Positions 48,060 through 58,761 of a stretch of DNA of 64,000 nucleotides are shown piece by piece. Position numbers and translations under genes: made by a program. The notes beneath the pieces are model-generated. The model was not told the origin of the DNA and did no database searches. It saw only the letters and a program-made list of their open reading frames with translations. Where the stretch lies: assembly GCF_028683095.1 (NCBI RefSeq), contig NZ_JAJUBC010000028.1:1-64000 (forward strand). Direction: 5' to 3'. Source of the stretch: Enterovibrio gelatinilyticus (GTDB taxonomy: Bacteria > Pseudomonadota > Gammaproteobacteria > Enterobacterales > Vibrionaceae). Position 1 is the stretch's first letter. The number at the start of each line of letters is the position of its first letter.

Positions 48060-48487
48060 GCCGATGACTCGCTTTCATCAATCCCTGAATGTATCCGCGC
48101 TTTCGATACCACTTGCCCGTGTTGATTTCGGATAACTGCTTTGATTTCGATACGTTTTAGAAGGGTGTGAACATCCACCACTTCTCCAACAACGGTGAGC
48201 ACATCACCCACAAAAACGGGGCGACTGAAACGCGTTTGAATATCCTGCAACAATGCATTTTCACCCGGTAAATACACACCGACCAATGTGGAATATAACG
48301 ATGCCGTCATCATGCCGTACACGACGACATCAGGATGCCCTCGCCGTTTTGCATGCTCCGCATTGGTATGAAGCGGGTTAATATCACCACTCACCAAAGT
48401 GAAAGCATTCAGCTTCTCCTCGGTAATATCAGTAGAGAATTGGTGTTTTAAGCCCACATCAATGTCATCAATACCGTATTGCTTCAT
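48056..48487 (-). CDS. MaoC-like (R)-specific enoyl-ACP/CoA hydratase/dehydratase (hotdog fold)
   Basis: …LVSGDINPLHTNAEHAKRRGHPDVVVYGMM… is the MaoC dehydratase signature. 143 aa. Confidence 0.7.
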   Translation of the reverse strand: MKQYGIDDIDVGLKHQFSTDITEEKLNAFTLVSGDINPLHTNAEHAKRRGHPDVVVYGMMTASLYSTLVGVYLPGENALLQDIQTRFSRPVFVGDVLTVVGEVVDVHTLLKRIEIKAVIRNQHGQVVSKARIHSGIDESESSA

Positions 48488-48501
48488 TCATCTGATCCCG
48501 A

Positions 48502-48750
48502 TCATGCTGCTTGAAGTTTTCGAGTGATTAAATCAACCGTATCGCCCACATTACCCGCCTGATTCAACTGTTCAATTTCCGACAAACTAAATTTAATCGC
48601 CAACTCTTTTTCAATAGCATCAATGATTTGTATCTGTGCCAGTGAATCCCAGTCTTCAGCATGGTCTGCCGTCGTATCTCGTGTCACCACTAAATCATCT
48701 TCATCCAGCACATCCGAAATGATCTCAGAAATCGCATTCAATATATCCAT
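48502..48750 (-). CDS. Acyl carrier protein (discrete, pathway-dedicated)
   Basis: 82 aa and acidic, with the phosphopantetheine-attachment context …EDWDSLAQIQII…. Confidence 0.75.
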   Translation of the reverse strand: MDILNAISEIISDVLDEDDLVVTRDTTADHAEDWDSLAQIQIIDAIEKELAIKFSLSEIEQLNQAGNVGDTVDLITRKLQAA

Positions 48751-48832
48751 ACAAGCTCCTTTATCGTGCCGCGTAATGAACCTATTTTGAGGTTGTGTAT
48801 TTGTTCTTTATTTAGCATTCGATCTGACAATT

Positions 48833-50644
48833 TCATTGGCGCATGATCATCAGCGGGAGGTCAGGTTCAGCGTGATGTTCGTCGATGACGTATTCCCACT
48901 GGCTGCTACCCTCTTCGTTCTCAGATAGACACTGAAAGCCAAGTGATGCGTAATGACCACTCACCAAACCGTTCTTCTTACTCGGCACATATTGACCAAC
49001 CAATTTACTGACATTCCGGGCTTTCGCATGGCGAACCAATTCTGAAAACATCGCCATTTCCATCTTTCTTTTGAACACTCGGCAGCTCATTAGCCATAGA
49101 TCAATCGTCAGAGTGTGTTCATGCTCGGTCCCGACAATCACGGACACAATACCATTGTCGCCAAACTTATCTTTCAATCGGCCATACAGCGAAAGGTGTT
49201 GCGGAGAGTGCATGAAAGACGAAATTTCCTGTGCACTATAGCGTTGAGTCGTGAGGTTAAATTGGTTGGTTTTATTGGTGAGCTGCGTAATGCGAGATAA
49301 CGATACATCGTCGAATGGCGCGATCATCGCCATCATGTCTAACGATTTTAGATAATCATCATAGTTTGCAAATTCACGCTGCAATTGCTGGCGTTCTTGA
49401 TTGTGCGCATACATGGCAGCTCGCGAAACATCTTCTGGATTGAGGGATACCAATTCAAATAAGCCCGCTTTGTCCAAAGCCGTGATGTATTGCGTGACAT
49501 CTTGCCCAATGTTGGGCACAGCAACCGATGAAAGATTACTCGCGACCAGCTCACGCTCACTGGCGTTATCATCAAGGAACACAAGGGAGTCGAGACCGAT
49601 ATTAAGTGACTCAGCAATCTGTTCAATATTTTGGTCTTTGTTTTCCCAATTAGCTTTGAATTCGCTGAAGTCAGAGAGCATGAGTATTGAATCAGGGTGC
49701 GAGAACCCTTGTTTCGCGTTCTCAATGTCATTTTTGCTGCAAACCGTTAAAAGTACACCGCGCTGATGAAGTGCCTTCAAGTATTGTTGCAATTCTGTGT
49801 AAGCTTCGGCCTCAGCGCTTTCATGCCCGATTTGGATGCCACTTAAGCCATCATCACCAATCACACCGCCCCACAGCGTATTATCTAAATCACAGACGAT
49901 GGCTTTCTTGCTCAACCCCAGCACTGCGAGAATTTGGTTAGCCACACTGTGCCCCAATTCAGGGAACGCATCGCTACTCATCGCATACTTGTAGGCATAC
50001 CACTGCGTTTTGTTGAACCAACGCTCTAACCCAAACCATGCAGACAAATAGTTAAGGTCATGCAAAATGAAATTTGCACGCTGTTCGGCGTATTCTGCAA
50101 ATTTGGTATTCAATGCATTGGTGAAACGTGTTTTCCCGGCGGTGGCAGACGCATCAATGTTCCCCATAGGACGGGAAAACGGCAGTTCAAAATTGTTCTG
50201 AATAATGGTGGCTTGATACTTACGGTGTAACGCCTGCCAAACGGTATGAAAGTAATCATAGGTATCCGCAACTTTATCACTAACGTCGACGTTATTATCT
50301 GTAGGCGCTGGCCATGTCGTTAGGTTCACACAGGTCGTGTGGAGATAAATAACCTGAGGGTCAAAAGCGTCGAGCGCATCATTGTCAAATACCGATTCTT
50401 GATAGAACTGGTTGTAGTCAGACTGATAGATTTCGACATTCACACCCATGTTCAGCAAAAAAAGTTCAATGTAATTGGCCACTTCACTGGTTGTGGAGCC
50501 GCCCAAGATCGCAACACGTAAAGGCGGCGCAGTCAGCGAGGCTTTCAGGGTTCGGCGCAGTTTCTTTTGACGACGCTGCAGCCACGCCACATCCAAAGGG
50601 TATGCGATCCTTACGTTCGTCGTTTCAGTCATGTTTTTCCTCAA
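48833..50644 (-). CDS. FkbH-like HAD-IIIC family phosphatase/acyl-ACP loader with C-terminal GNAT-like domain
   Basis: HAD motif I (VCDLDNTLWGGVIGDDG), motif II/III (…TVCSKN…, …VFLDDNASE…), and the …QFNLTTQRY… region typical of FkbH-like domains. 603 aa. Confidence 0.65.
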   Translation of the reverse strand: MRKNMTETTNVRIAYPLDVAWLQRRQKKLRRTLKASLTAPPLRVAILGGSTTSEVANYIELFLLNMGVNVEIYQSDYNQFYQESVFDNDALDAFDPQVIYLHTTCVNLTTWPAPTDNNVDVSDKVADTYDYFHTVWQALHRKYQATIIQNNFELPFSRPMGNIDASATAGKTRFTNALNTKFAEYAEQRANFILHDLNYLSAWFGLERWFNKTQWYAYKYAMSSDAFPELGHSVANQILAVLGLSKKAIVCDLDNTLWGGVIGDDGLSGIQIGHESAEAEAYTELQQYLKALHQRGVLLTVCSKNDIENAKQGFSHPDSILMLSDFSEFKANWENKDQNIEQIAESLNIGLDSLVFLDDNASERELVASNLSSVAVPNIGQDVTQYITALDKAGLFELVSLNPEDVSRAAMYAHNQERQQLQREFANYDDYLKSLDMMAMIAPFDDVSLSRITQLTNKTNQFNLTTQRYSAQEISSFMHSPQHLSLYGRLKDKFGDNGIVSVIVGTEHEHTLTIDLWLMSCRVFKRKMEMAMFSELVRHAKARNVSKLVGQYVPSKKNGLVSGHYASLGFQCLSENEEGSSQWEYVIDEHHAEPDLPLMIMRQ

Positions 50645-50664
50645 TCACGAATACTTACCCTCGC

Positions 50665-51696
50665 TTAAGAACGTGTTTTCCCCATTGCCCAACGTAGTGT
50701 GTCCACCACACCTGAAAGGGTGACGATAAACTGATTTAACGAGCGGCTATCCATCACTAAATTGCGCTTCAACTTCAACGGGTGTTCCGTTCTAGCATTC
50801 AACCCTTCATCCAACGTGGTCGCCGTTCTGATGCCAAGAGCGTTCAATTCTGGAAGATGTTCTGGTGACCAAATCCCACTCGGGTAGCAAAAATGCGTCA
50901 GCGCTTTTGGAGAGGCAATCTGCGCAGTTAAGACCTCTCGATTGGTTTCTATTTCGTGATGAATGGCATCGCTATCTGTCGGCAATTTGTGGGTATGTGT
51001 ATGCAGTTGAATGTTGGTCAATGGTGAAGCCATCGCTGTGTTTAACTCGTGATAATTGGCGTTATGAAAGCGCTTTGCTTGTATCGCATCATCGCCTACA
51101 CCTAACGCACTCGCTGTCGCCGACAAAAACGCCGTTTTTTGGTCGTCGTCAAAAGAGACCATTGCAGCTTCTACCAATTTTACTATGTCAGACACACTTC
51201 CTGTGAACCCATAGCGTTGACCTTGAAATTCAACATCAAACGCTTCTGTCGGTTTTTGCCACAACCAATATTGGATTAAGACATTAACTACCGGGATCTG
51301 ATGGTCACAGTAATAAGTCGTCACATATACCGTCGACGGAAACTGATACGCCTGAAAGGTGGGCAAAAGTTCAGTAATACTGGATCGCCAGCCATCATCT
51401 ACCGTGATAACAACGGGGTATTTGAAATGTGCCTCTCCGTTTAAATGGCGTTCCGCGTCATCGAGACTTATCACGTTAAAGTGCGAGCGTTCGAGATAAT
51501 CCAACAACTCATGGAGTTTCTCCTTTGAGATGAAAACACCCGGCCAGAATTGATGCTCATCTTTCAACGCCATCGAATGAAAGCAAAGGATGATTAATTT
51601 ATCTCGATGGAAATATGAAAGGGCTCTGGCAATACCTGTTCGAACAAAAAATGTATATACCGCCTCCCTCATCTTGCGCATTCCGTAGCTCTCCAA
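50665..51696 (-). CDS. Polysaccharide deacetylase (NodB homology domain, CE4) family protein
   Basis: NodB motif 1 VVITVDDGWRS and His motifs (…HTHTHK…). 343 aa. Confidence 0.7.
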   Translation of the reverse strand: MESYGMRKMREAVYTFFVRTGIARALSYFHRDKLIILCFHSMALKDEHQFWPGVFISKEKLHELLDYLERSHFNVISLDDAERHLNGEAHFKYPVVITVDDGWRSSITELLPTFQAYQFPSTVYVTTYYCDHQIPVVNVLIQYWLWQKPTEAFDVEFQGQRYGFTGSVSDIVKLVEAAMVSFDDDQKTAFLSATASALGVGDDAIQAKRFHNANYHELNTAMASPLTNIQLHTHTHKLPTDSDAIHHEIETNREVLTAQIASPKALTHFCYPSGIWSPEHLPELNALGIRTATTLDEGLNARTEHPLKLKRNLVMDSRSLNQFIVTLSGVVDTLRWAMGKTRS

Positions 51697-51961
51697 TAAA
51701 AGTTCACCAACTTAAAACGCGTTTGCGCGAAGTCGAAAATAATGGCCTTACATGCATGAATTAAAGTATAGAAGCGTGTATCAAATTTGGATCAAACAAT
51801 TGAAAAATGAGAGGAAACAGCATGCCCCGTGTATACACACGAGATTCATTACCCAAAGAAAATAAAGAGTGGTAAGACGAAAGCACCACGTATAGAGACA
51901 TCGCAGGTAAAATTCTCTACAATACGCGCCCTCTCGGTGCGGGACGGAATTCCGCGCATAA

Positions 51962-52756
<795 letters not shown>

Positions 52757-52861
52757 GTAATTAAGTAGCTGAGAGCCTAGGACCTAGGTAAAGCAAGTTT
52801 CGCTCTTCTCGCAACGAGCAAACAACATTAAATAGACTCATAACAGACAGACCAATAAGCC

Positions 52862-53833
52862 ATGTTCGATTTTTCTGATTTCTACCAATTGATTGCTAAG
52901 AACCGCCTGCAAAACTGGCTAAACGTCTTGCCGGCGCAACTTGCGGAATGGCAAGACCAACCGCATGGCGATATGCCCAAATGGATGCGCGTACTGAAAA
53001 AGATCCCTACCGATGCCCCATCAACGGTAGAACTAAAAGATCGCGTTGAAATTGGATCGGAAAACGAACTCCCAGAAGGCCAACGTGCGAAATTAGAAAA
53101 CCTACTTCGTACGTTCCACCCATGGCGTAAAGGTCCGTATAAAGTTCACGGCATTCATATTGACACCGAATGGCGCTCTGATTGGAAATGGGATCGTGTA
53201 CTTCCACATATTTCCCCGCTTAAAGGACGTTATGTTCTGGATGTCGGCTGTGGCAATGGTTATCACATGTGGCGCATGCTCGGCGAAGGTGCTGAACTCA
53301 CTGTCGGTATTGACCCTTCAGAACTGTTCTTGGTGCAGTTTGAAGCCATGCGACGCCTAATGGGCAACGACCAACGTGCACATTTGCTACCACTGGGTAT
53401 TGAGCGCCTTCCTGAACTCAAATCTTTTGATACGGTATTTAGCATGGGTGTGCTGTATCACCGTCGCTCTCCGTTAGATCACTTGATCCAATTGAAAAAC
53501 CAATTGGTCAAAAATGGCGAATTGGTTTTAGAAACATTGGTGATCGAAGGCGACGAAAATGCCGTTCTTGTTCCGATTGATCGCTATGCACAAATGCGCA
53601 ACGTGTACTTCTTCCCATCAGCAAAAGCGCTCAAAGTATGGCTAGAGAAAGTTGGCTTTGTTGATGTGCGTATTGTTGATGAGTGCACGACAACCACCGA
53701 CGAACAACGTTCGACCGAATGGATGACGCATAATTCACTGCCAGAATATTTGGATGCGAATGACCCGTCGAAAACTATAGAAGGCTACCCCGCACCTAAG
53801 CGCGCGATTTTAGTAGCAAAAAATCCTGACTAA
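52862..53833 (+). CDS. cmoB: tRNA U34 carboxymethyltransferase
   Basis: Canonical CmoB (…[18 protein letters not shown]…), 323 aa, immediately downstream of cmoA. Confidence 0.92.
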   Translation: MFDFSDFYQLIAKNRLQNWLNVLPAQLAEWQDQPHGDMPKWMRVLKKIPTDAPSTVELKDRVEIGSENELPEGQRAKLENLLRTFHPWRKGPYKVHGIHIDTEWRSDWKWDRVLPHISPLKGRYVLDVGCGNGYHMWRMLGEGAELTVGIDPSELFLVQFEAMRRLMGNDQRAHLLPLGIERLPELKSFDTVFSMGVLYHRRSPLDHLIQLKNQLVKNGELVLETLVIEGDENAVLVPIDRYAQMRNVYFFPSAKALKVWLEKVGFVDVRIVDECTTTTDEQRSTEWMTHNSLPEYLDANDPSKTIEGYPAPKRAILVAKNPD

Positions 53834-53842
53834 CCCATGACA

Positions 53843-53869
53843 AAGGACGCTTCTCGCGTCCTTTTTTTC
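53843..53869 (+). terminator. Rho-independent terminator after cmoB
   Basis: aggacgc-ttctc-gcgtcct hairpin followed by ttttttt. Confidence 0.75.
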
Positions 53870-53925
53870 AATGTAAACTAAGTACCTTCAATTGAACTCG
53901 TTAACTATCCAGCACGGAGCTCCTC

Positions 53926-54687
53926 ATGCTAACTCGCAGCGGATTGCTGATTTTGATTCTCACTGTTCTTTCTGGCTGTAGCCTGACATCTCAAGAGCAG
54001 CATCAGCAGACATTGGACGCCATCAACGATATCGAAACCAATATACAGACCGATTTAACCGCGATAAATCAAAATGCCGTTGCCCAACAAGCGCAAATCG
54101 CAACCCTTGAACAACAGCTTCTTTCGATGTCTGACACACTCAAAGTATTAAGACAGACTCAAGCTCGTACCGAGGCTAACCGCCCCGAGCCTAAAGTGGT
54201 CTACGTTGAGAAAGAAGTACCGGTGCCCGCAACACAAGACAAAACCACATTAGGTGAACAAGAATGGGTTTGGATTGATGCTGCTGGAGAGAACTTCAAA
54301 GCCCGTGTTGATACTGGTGCAACGACCTCGTCTATCAATGCCACAGACATTCAAGACTTTGAGCGTGACGGAAAGACATGGGTACGCTTTAATTTAGCGC
54401 ACGCAAAATCAGAAGATACAACGGAAGCAGATCCTGTAACCATTGAGGCTCAAGTCAAACGTTGGGTGAAAATACGCCAAGCATCGGCAGACGAACTCGA
54501 ACGCCGTCCTGTCGTAGAGTTACGTGTCAGACTGGGAGACCTGCATGAGAAAACACAATTTACGCTTGCTGACCGTTCCCAAATGGAATTTCCGGTACTG
54601 CTAGGTCGAGAGTTTTTTAAAGACATTGCTGTGGTTGATGTCAGTCAATCATATGTTCATCCAAAGTTTGTCGCCGAAAACAAATAG
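53926..54687 (+). CDS. Lipoprotein with C-terminal retropepsin-like aspartyl protease domain ('ATP-dependent zinc protease' family)
   Basis: Lipobox LSGCS, a coiled-coil linker, then …WVWIDAAGENFKARVDTGATTSSINA… carrying the DTGA retropepsin motif. Confidence 0.65.
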   Translation: MLTRSGLLILILTVLSGCSLTSQEQHQQTLDAINDIETNIQTDLTAINQNAVAQQAQIATLEQQLLSMSDTLKVLRQTQARTEANRPEPKVVYVEKEVPVPATQDKTTLGEQEWVWIDAAGENFKARVDTGATTSSINATDIQDFERDGKTWVRFNLAHAKSEDTTEADPVTIEAQVKRWVKIRQASADELERRPVVELRVRLGDLHEKTQFTLADRSQMEFPVLLGREFFKDIAVVDVSQSYVHPKFVAENK

Positions 54688-54727
54688 CCACTGACTTTAC
54701 ATTGTCAGTTAAGCGAAAGAGGAAAAA

Positions 54728-56233
54728 ATGACTTCACGCGCTCCGTTTTACATGCTTATCAGCCTGCTCATTGTTGTTGGTATGGGCATGAGTATGTATC
54801 GTCATGACGTCTACGGTGTGCCGTGGACTGCTGGTCAAAAACACCAAGTGTGGGAAGTTGAGGCCCGCGTTGAATTTGAAGCCAAAGGCGACCCCGTTAA
54901 AGTCTCTTTAGCAACGCCGGACACACAGTCTGGCTTTACGCTTATTAACGAAAACACCAGCTCTCCAGGTTACGGGTTTGCACTGGTTAACACCGAAGAT
55001 GGCCGCCGCGCTGAGTGGACGAAACGCGTAGCCAGTGGCCAACAGATCTTGTACTTCAAAAACCAAATGTTGGTGGATGAAAACGCGAAATTCCCCAATG
55101 AGCCGCCGTTAAGCAACGTTGCCCCTATCGCCCTTGATGGCCCCGTGAAAACGGCGGCAGATGCAATTTTGGCGCAAGCTATCCAACGTTCGGCGGATAA
55201 CAGCACGCTGACCCGCGAAATCATCAAACAGTTCAATGATAACGAAAGCCAAAATGCCGCTCTGCTTACCAAAGAGATGAGCAAGGCTGACGCTATTGTC
55301 GCCATCCTTTCACTCGACAATGTGCATGCTCGCGTCGTTGGCGCACTGCAATTGGAAGATGGACGCCGTCGCCAGAGCATTATCCCTATGGTCGAAACAT
55401 GGGACAACGAACACTGGCAGTTGTTTAACCTCGAAACTGGCGCAAAAGATACATCCCAAGATCTGCTGCTGTGGAATGAGAAAGGCACACCAATGTTAGA
55501 AGTCACTGGAGGTACTAACAGCCAAGTTAGTTTCTCTATCATTTCGCAAGACATTAGCCCCAAACAAGCCACCGACGAGAAGATTCAAGCAGAAAGCCTT
55601 TTAAACTTTTCGATCCATAGCCTGCCTATCGAAGAGCAAGCCATGTTCAAAACCATCATGCTTGTGCCTATTGGCGCACTGATCGTTGTGCTGCTGCGCG
55701 TGTTGGTTGGCCTTAAAACTTCCGGCACCTTCATGCCTGTTTTGATCGCGGTTGCCTTTGTGCAAACACAGCTTGTGCCCGGCATCGTTGGCTTCCTTTT
55801 GATCGTCGGCACAGGTCTGGTTATTCGCAGTTACTTGTCACGGCTGAACTTACTGTTAGTTGCGAGGATATCTGCCGTTATCATCACGGTTATTTTGATT
55901 ATCTCCGTATTTACCGTTGTCGCATTTAAGATTGGATTGGTTGAAGGCCTAAGCATTACCTTCTTCCCTATGATTATCCTTTCTTGGACCATCGAACGTA
56001 TGTCGATTATCTGGGAAGAAGAAGGCCCGAAAGAAGTCTTGGTGCAAGGCGGTGGCTCTCTACTAACAGCCGTTCTGGTTTACCTTGCCATGACCAATGA
56101 TTTCGTACGCCACATCACCTTCAATTTCATTGGGATTCAACTCGTGATTCTGGCGTTAATACTCATGCTAGGTAACTACACGGGTTATCGACTGAGTGAA
56201 TTGAAGCGCTTTAAGCCTCTCGTGAAGGACTAA
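54728..56233 (+). CDS. Inactive transglutaminase-like domain fused to 7TM helices (UUP1-like membrane protein)
   Basis: N-terminal TM, a ~300-aa periplasmic domain, and seven C-terminal TM helices. It sits between the protease and ATP-grasp genes. Confidence 0.6.
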   Translation: MTSRAPFYMLISLLIVVGMGMSMYRHDVYGVPWTAGQKHQVWEVEARVEFEAKGDPVKVSLATPDTQSGFTLINENTSSPGYGFALVNTEDGRRAEWTKRVASGQQILYFKNQMLVDENAKFPNEPPLSNVAPIALDGPVKTAADAILAQAIQRSADNSTLTREIIKQFNDNESQNAALLTKEMSKADAIVAILSLDNVHARVVGALQLEDGRRRQSIIPMVETWDNEHWQLFNLETGAKDTSQDLLLWNEKGTPMLEVTGGTNSQVSFSIISQDISPKQATDEKIQAESLLNFSIHSLPIEEQAMFKTIMLVPIGALIVVLLRVLVGLKTSGTFMPVLIAVAFVQTQLVPGIVGFLLIVGTGLVIRSYLSRLNLLLVARISAVIITVILIISVFTVVAFKIGLVEGLSITFFPMIILSWTIERMSIIWEEEGPKEVLVQGGGSLLTAVLVYLAMTNDFVRHITFNFIGIQLVILALILMLGNYTGYRLSELKRFKPLVKD

Positions 56234-56237
56234 GCGC

Positions 56238-57218
56238 ATGTTGGGATGGTTAAAAAAATACACGTCACCCTTTAAGCTCGAACGTGCCGGCATCATGGGC
56301 ATGAACCGACGTAACATCAGTTACATCGGCCGCTACAATCAGCGCAGATTGTTTCCTTTGGTGGATAACAAACTAAAAACCAAACACCTTGCCCAACAAG
56401 CAGGGGCCACGGTTCCAGAGTTGATAGGCGTCATTAACGCGCAGCACAGTGTGCCTTCTATCCACAAAATGGTAGAAAACTGGCCAGGTTTTGTTATCAA
56501 ACCCGCCCAAGGTTCTGGTGGTAAAGGAATATTGGTTGTTACTTCTAACAAAGACGGTGTTTATAAAAAACCGTCTGGTGCAGAAGTCAGCAAAAGTGAA
56601 GTGGAACGTCACATCACCAACACCTTGGCAGGCTTATTCTCCTTAGGCGGTAAAAACGATGTCGCCGTGGTTGAAAACCTCATTCAATTTGATGATGTGT
56701 TTGAGGGGTTCAGTTTCGAGGGTGTGCCAGATATTCGCGTTATCGTGTTTAAAGGTTATCCCGTCATGGCAATGATGCGCTTGTCTACCGCAGCATCTGA
56801 CGGCAAAGCCAACCTTCACCAAGGTGCTGTGGGAGTAGGCATTGATATTGGCACAGGCAAAGCTGTCCGCGCCGTTCAATTCAATCGCCCTATTGAGCAC
56901 CATCCCGATACAGGCCGCCTATTGAGTGAACTCAATGTGCCTCATTGGGAACAACTTCTAGAGCTTGCCGCGAGTGCGTGGGAAATGACAGGGCTTGGCT
57001 ACATCGGTACCGACATGGTGCTTGATAAAGAACAAGGCCCTATGGTGTTGGAGCTAAATGCTAGACCCGGCTTAGCGATTCAAATCGCCAATGGTTGTGG
57101 TCTACTGCCTAGACTGCGTCACATTGAGCATCTCGGCACGTCTGCTACACCAACAACGCCAAAAGAGCGCGTGGCGTATGCCAGAGCACATTTTAGTGAC
57201 ACACTAAATCAAAAGTAA
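56238..57218 (+). CDS. RimK-family ATP-grasp protein ('alpha-L-glutamate ligase-like')
   Basis: ATP-grasp elements (…FVIKPAQGSGGKGILVV…, …ELNARPGL…). It starts 4 nt after the upstream gene. Confidence 0.65.
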   Translation: MLGWLKKYTSPFKLERAGIMGMNRRNISYIGRYNQRRLFPLVDNKLKTKHLAQQAGATVPELIGVINAQHSVPSIHKMVENWPGFVIKPAQGSGGKGILVVTSNKDGVYKKPSGAEVSKSEVERHITNTLAGLFSLGGKNDVAVVENLIQFDDVFEGFSFEGVPDIRVIVFKGYPVMAMMRLSTAASDGKANLHQGAVGVGIDIGTGKAVRAVQFNRPIEHHPDTGRLLSELNVPHWEQLLELAASAWEMTGLGYIGTDMVLDKEQGPMVLELNARPGLAIQIANGCGLLPRLRHIEHLGTSATPTTPKERVAYARAHFSDTLNQK

Positions 57219-57247
57219 AAAATCGGGCGAAAGCCCGATTTTTTTAT
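57216..57247 (+). terminator. Rho-independent terminator after the ATP-grasp gene
   Basis: atcgggc-gaaa-gcccgat hairpin followed by ttttttt. Confidence 0.8.
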
Positions 57248-57348
57248 CCTAAACGTCAATATCTTAAAACTGATTTACCTTTACCTTGAAGCATCACTTT
57301 CATTAAGCTCAATAATCCAAGAGCACACTAAGACGTAAGGACGGGGAC

Positions 57349-58512
57349 ATGGAAGCCAATCAGTCTGTATTCGATTTTGACAAAGAAGTCGATCGCACTG
57401 CCACAAGCAGCGACAAATGGGATAAATACAAAGGCAAAGATATTCTGCCGATGTGGGTCGCCGACAGTGACTTTCAATCGCCTCCTCAAGTGATCAGTGC
57501 CATACAAGAACGTGTTGCACATGGCGTATTTGGTTATACCCATGCCCCTGAGTCACTGACAGAAATCTTTGTTTCTCGTATGGCAGAACGCTACGGTTGG
57601 GACATACAGCCCGAATGGGTGGTCTACCTTCCAGGGCTAGTCTGTGGGTTGAACATTGCCGCGCGCGCCCTAACTGATGAAGGTCAAGCCATTATCAGCC
57701 CTAGCCCTATTTATCCCCCTTTCATTTCATCCGCAAAATTTGCAGAGCGCCCTTTACTGAAAGCGCCTGTAGAGCTTGAAAATGGAAGATGGCTACCAAA
57801 CCTCAACCACATAGAAGATCAGTTGACTGGCCAAGGAGGGTTACTGCAAATGTGTAATCCTCTCAATCCGGGCGGCACAGTTTTTCGACGTGAAGAGCTA
57901 GAAGCCACACTAGAGTTTGCCGAAAAACACAACTTGCTCATCTGCAGTGATGAAATTCATTGTGACCTGATTTTGGACAAAGATTGCCAGCACATCCCTT
58001 TCGCCAGCTTGAACGAAAGTGCCGCACAACGCAGTGTCACCCTGATGGCGCCAAGCAAAACCTTTAACATTGCTGGGCTCGGCGCCTCTATCGCCATCAT
58101 TCCGAACGCCGATATTCGTGCTCGCTTTAATCGTGCCAAACGCGGCATTGTGCCCGGTGTTAACGTTCTCGCGTTCACCGCCGCTGAAGCAGCCTATCAA
58201 CACGGCGAAGGCTGGCTACAAGCCCAACTCGATTATTTGGCGGGTCATCGTGACTATTTGATGCAGGAAATTAACGCCCTACCTGGACTGAAACTCGAAC
58301 ACATCGAAGCCACCTATCTCGCGTGGATTGATTGCAGTGAGTTACCTGTCGACAATCCTTTCAGCTTCTTTGAAAAAGCCGGTGTGGGTATGTCTCCGGG
58401 ATTAGATTTTGGAAACCGAAAATTTGTGAGGCTGAATTTTGGCTGCACCAAAAAAACGCTAGAAGAAGCGCTGCTAAGAATGAAAACTGCCATTGCGGCG
58501 CTTGACCGATAG
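57349..58512 (+). CDS. MalY/PatB-family PLP-dependent C-S lyase (cystathionine beta-lyase-like aminotransferase class I/II)
   Basis: 387 aa. PLP-lysine context …LMAPSKTFNIAGL… It begins with a dipeptide/regulator-like N-terminus (…TSSDKWDKYKG…) typical of MalY/PatB. Confidence 0.75.
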   Translation: MEANQSVFDFDKEVDRTATSSDKWDKYKGKDILPMWVADSDFQSPPQVISAIQERVAHGVFGYTHAPESLTEIFVSRMAERYGWDIQPEWVVYLPGLVCGLNIAARALTDEGQAIISPSPIYPPFISSAKFAERPLLKAPVELENGRWLPNLNHIEDQLTGQGGLLQMCNPLNPGGTVFRREELEATLEFAEKHNLLICSDEIHCDLILDKDCQHIPFASLNESAAQRSVTLMAPSKTFNIAGLGASIAIIPNADIRARFNRAKRGIVPGVNVLAFTAAEAAYQHGEGWLQAQLDYLAGHRDYLMQEINALPGLKLEHIEATYLAWIDCSELPVDNPFSFFEKAGVGMSPGLDFGNRKFVRLNFGCTKKTLEEALLRMKTAIAALDR

Positions 58513-58761
58513 ATTCATGTTCAACAAATAGACGCTTAACATCAGTAACATAAGTTGCTCACAAAACAAGTGAGCAACTTATGCCGTGATGATACACCCC
58601 GCCAACGCCTCCATATCACCCGCAACAAACAGCACCATCAAAAATTTCGAAGTTTGCGACAAAATAAAACAGTTGAATAAATAGACAAATCGAATACACT
58701 GCCGGAAAAATTCGACACACGTCACATAATTGACCTTATTGTTTTTAACTGGCCGTAGCGA

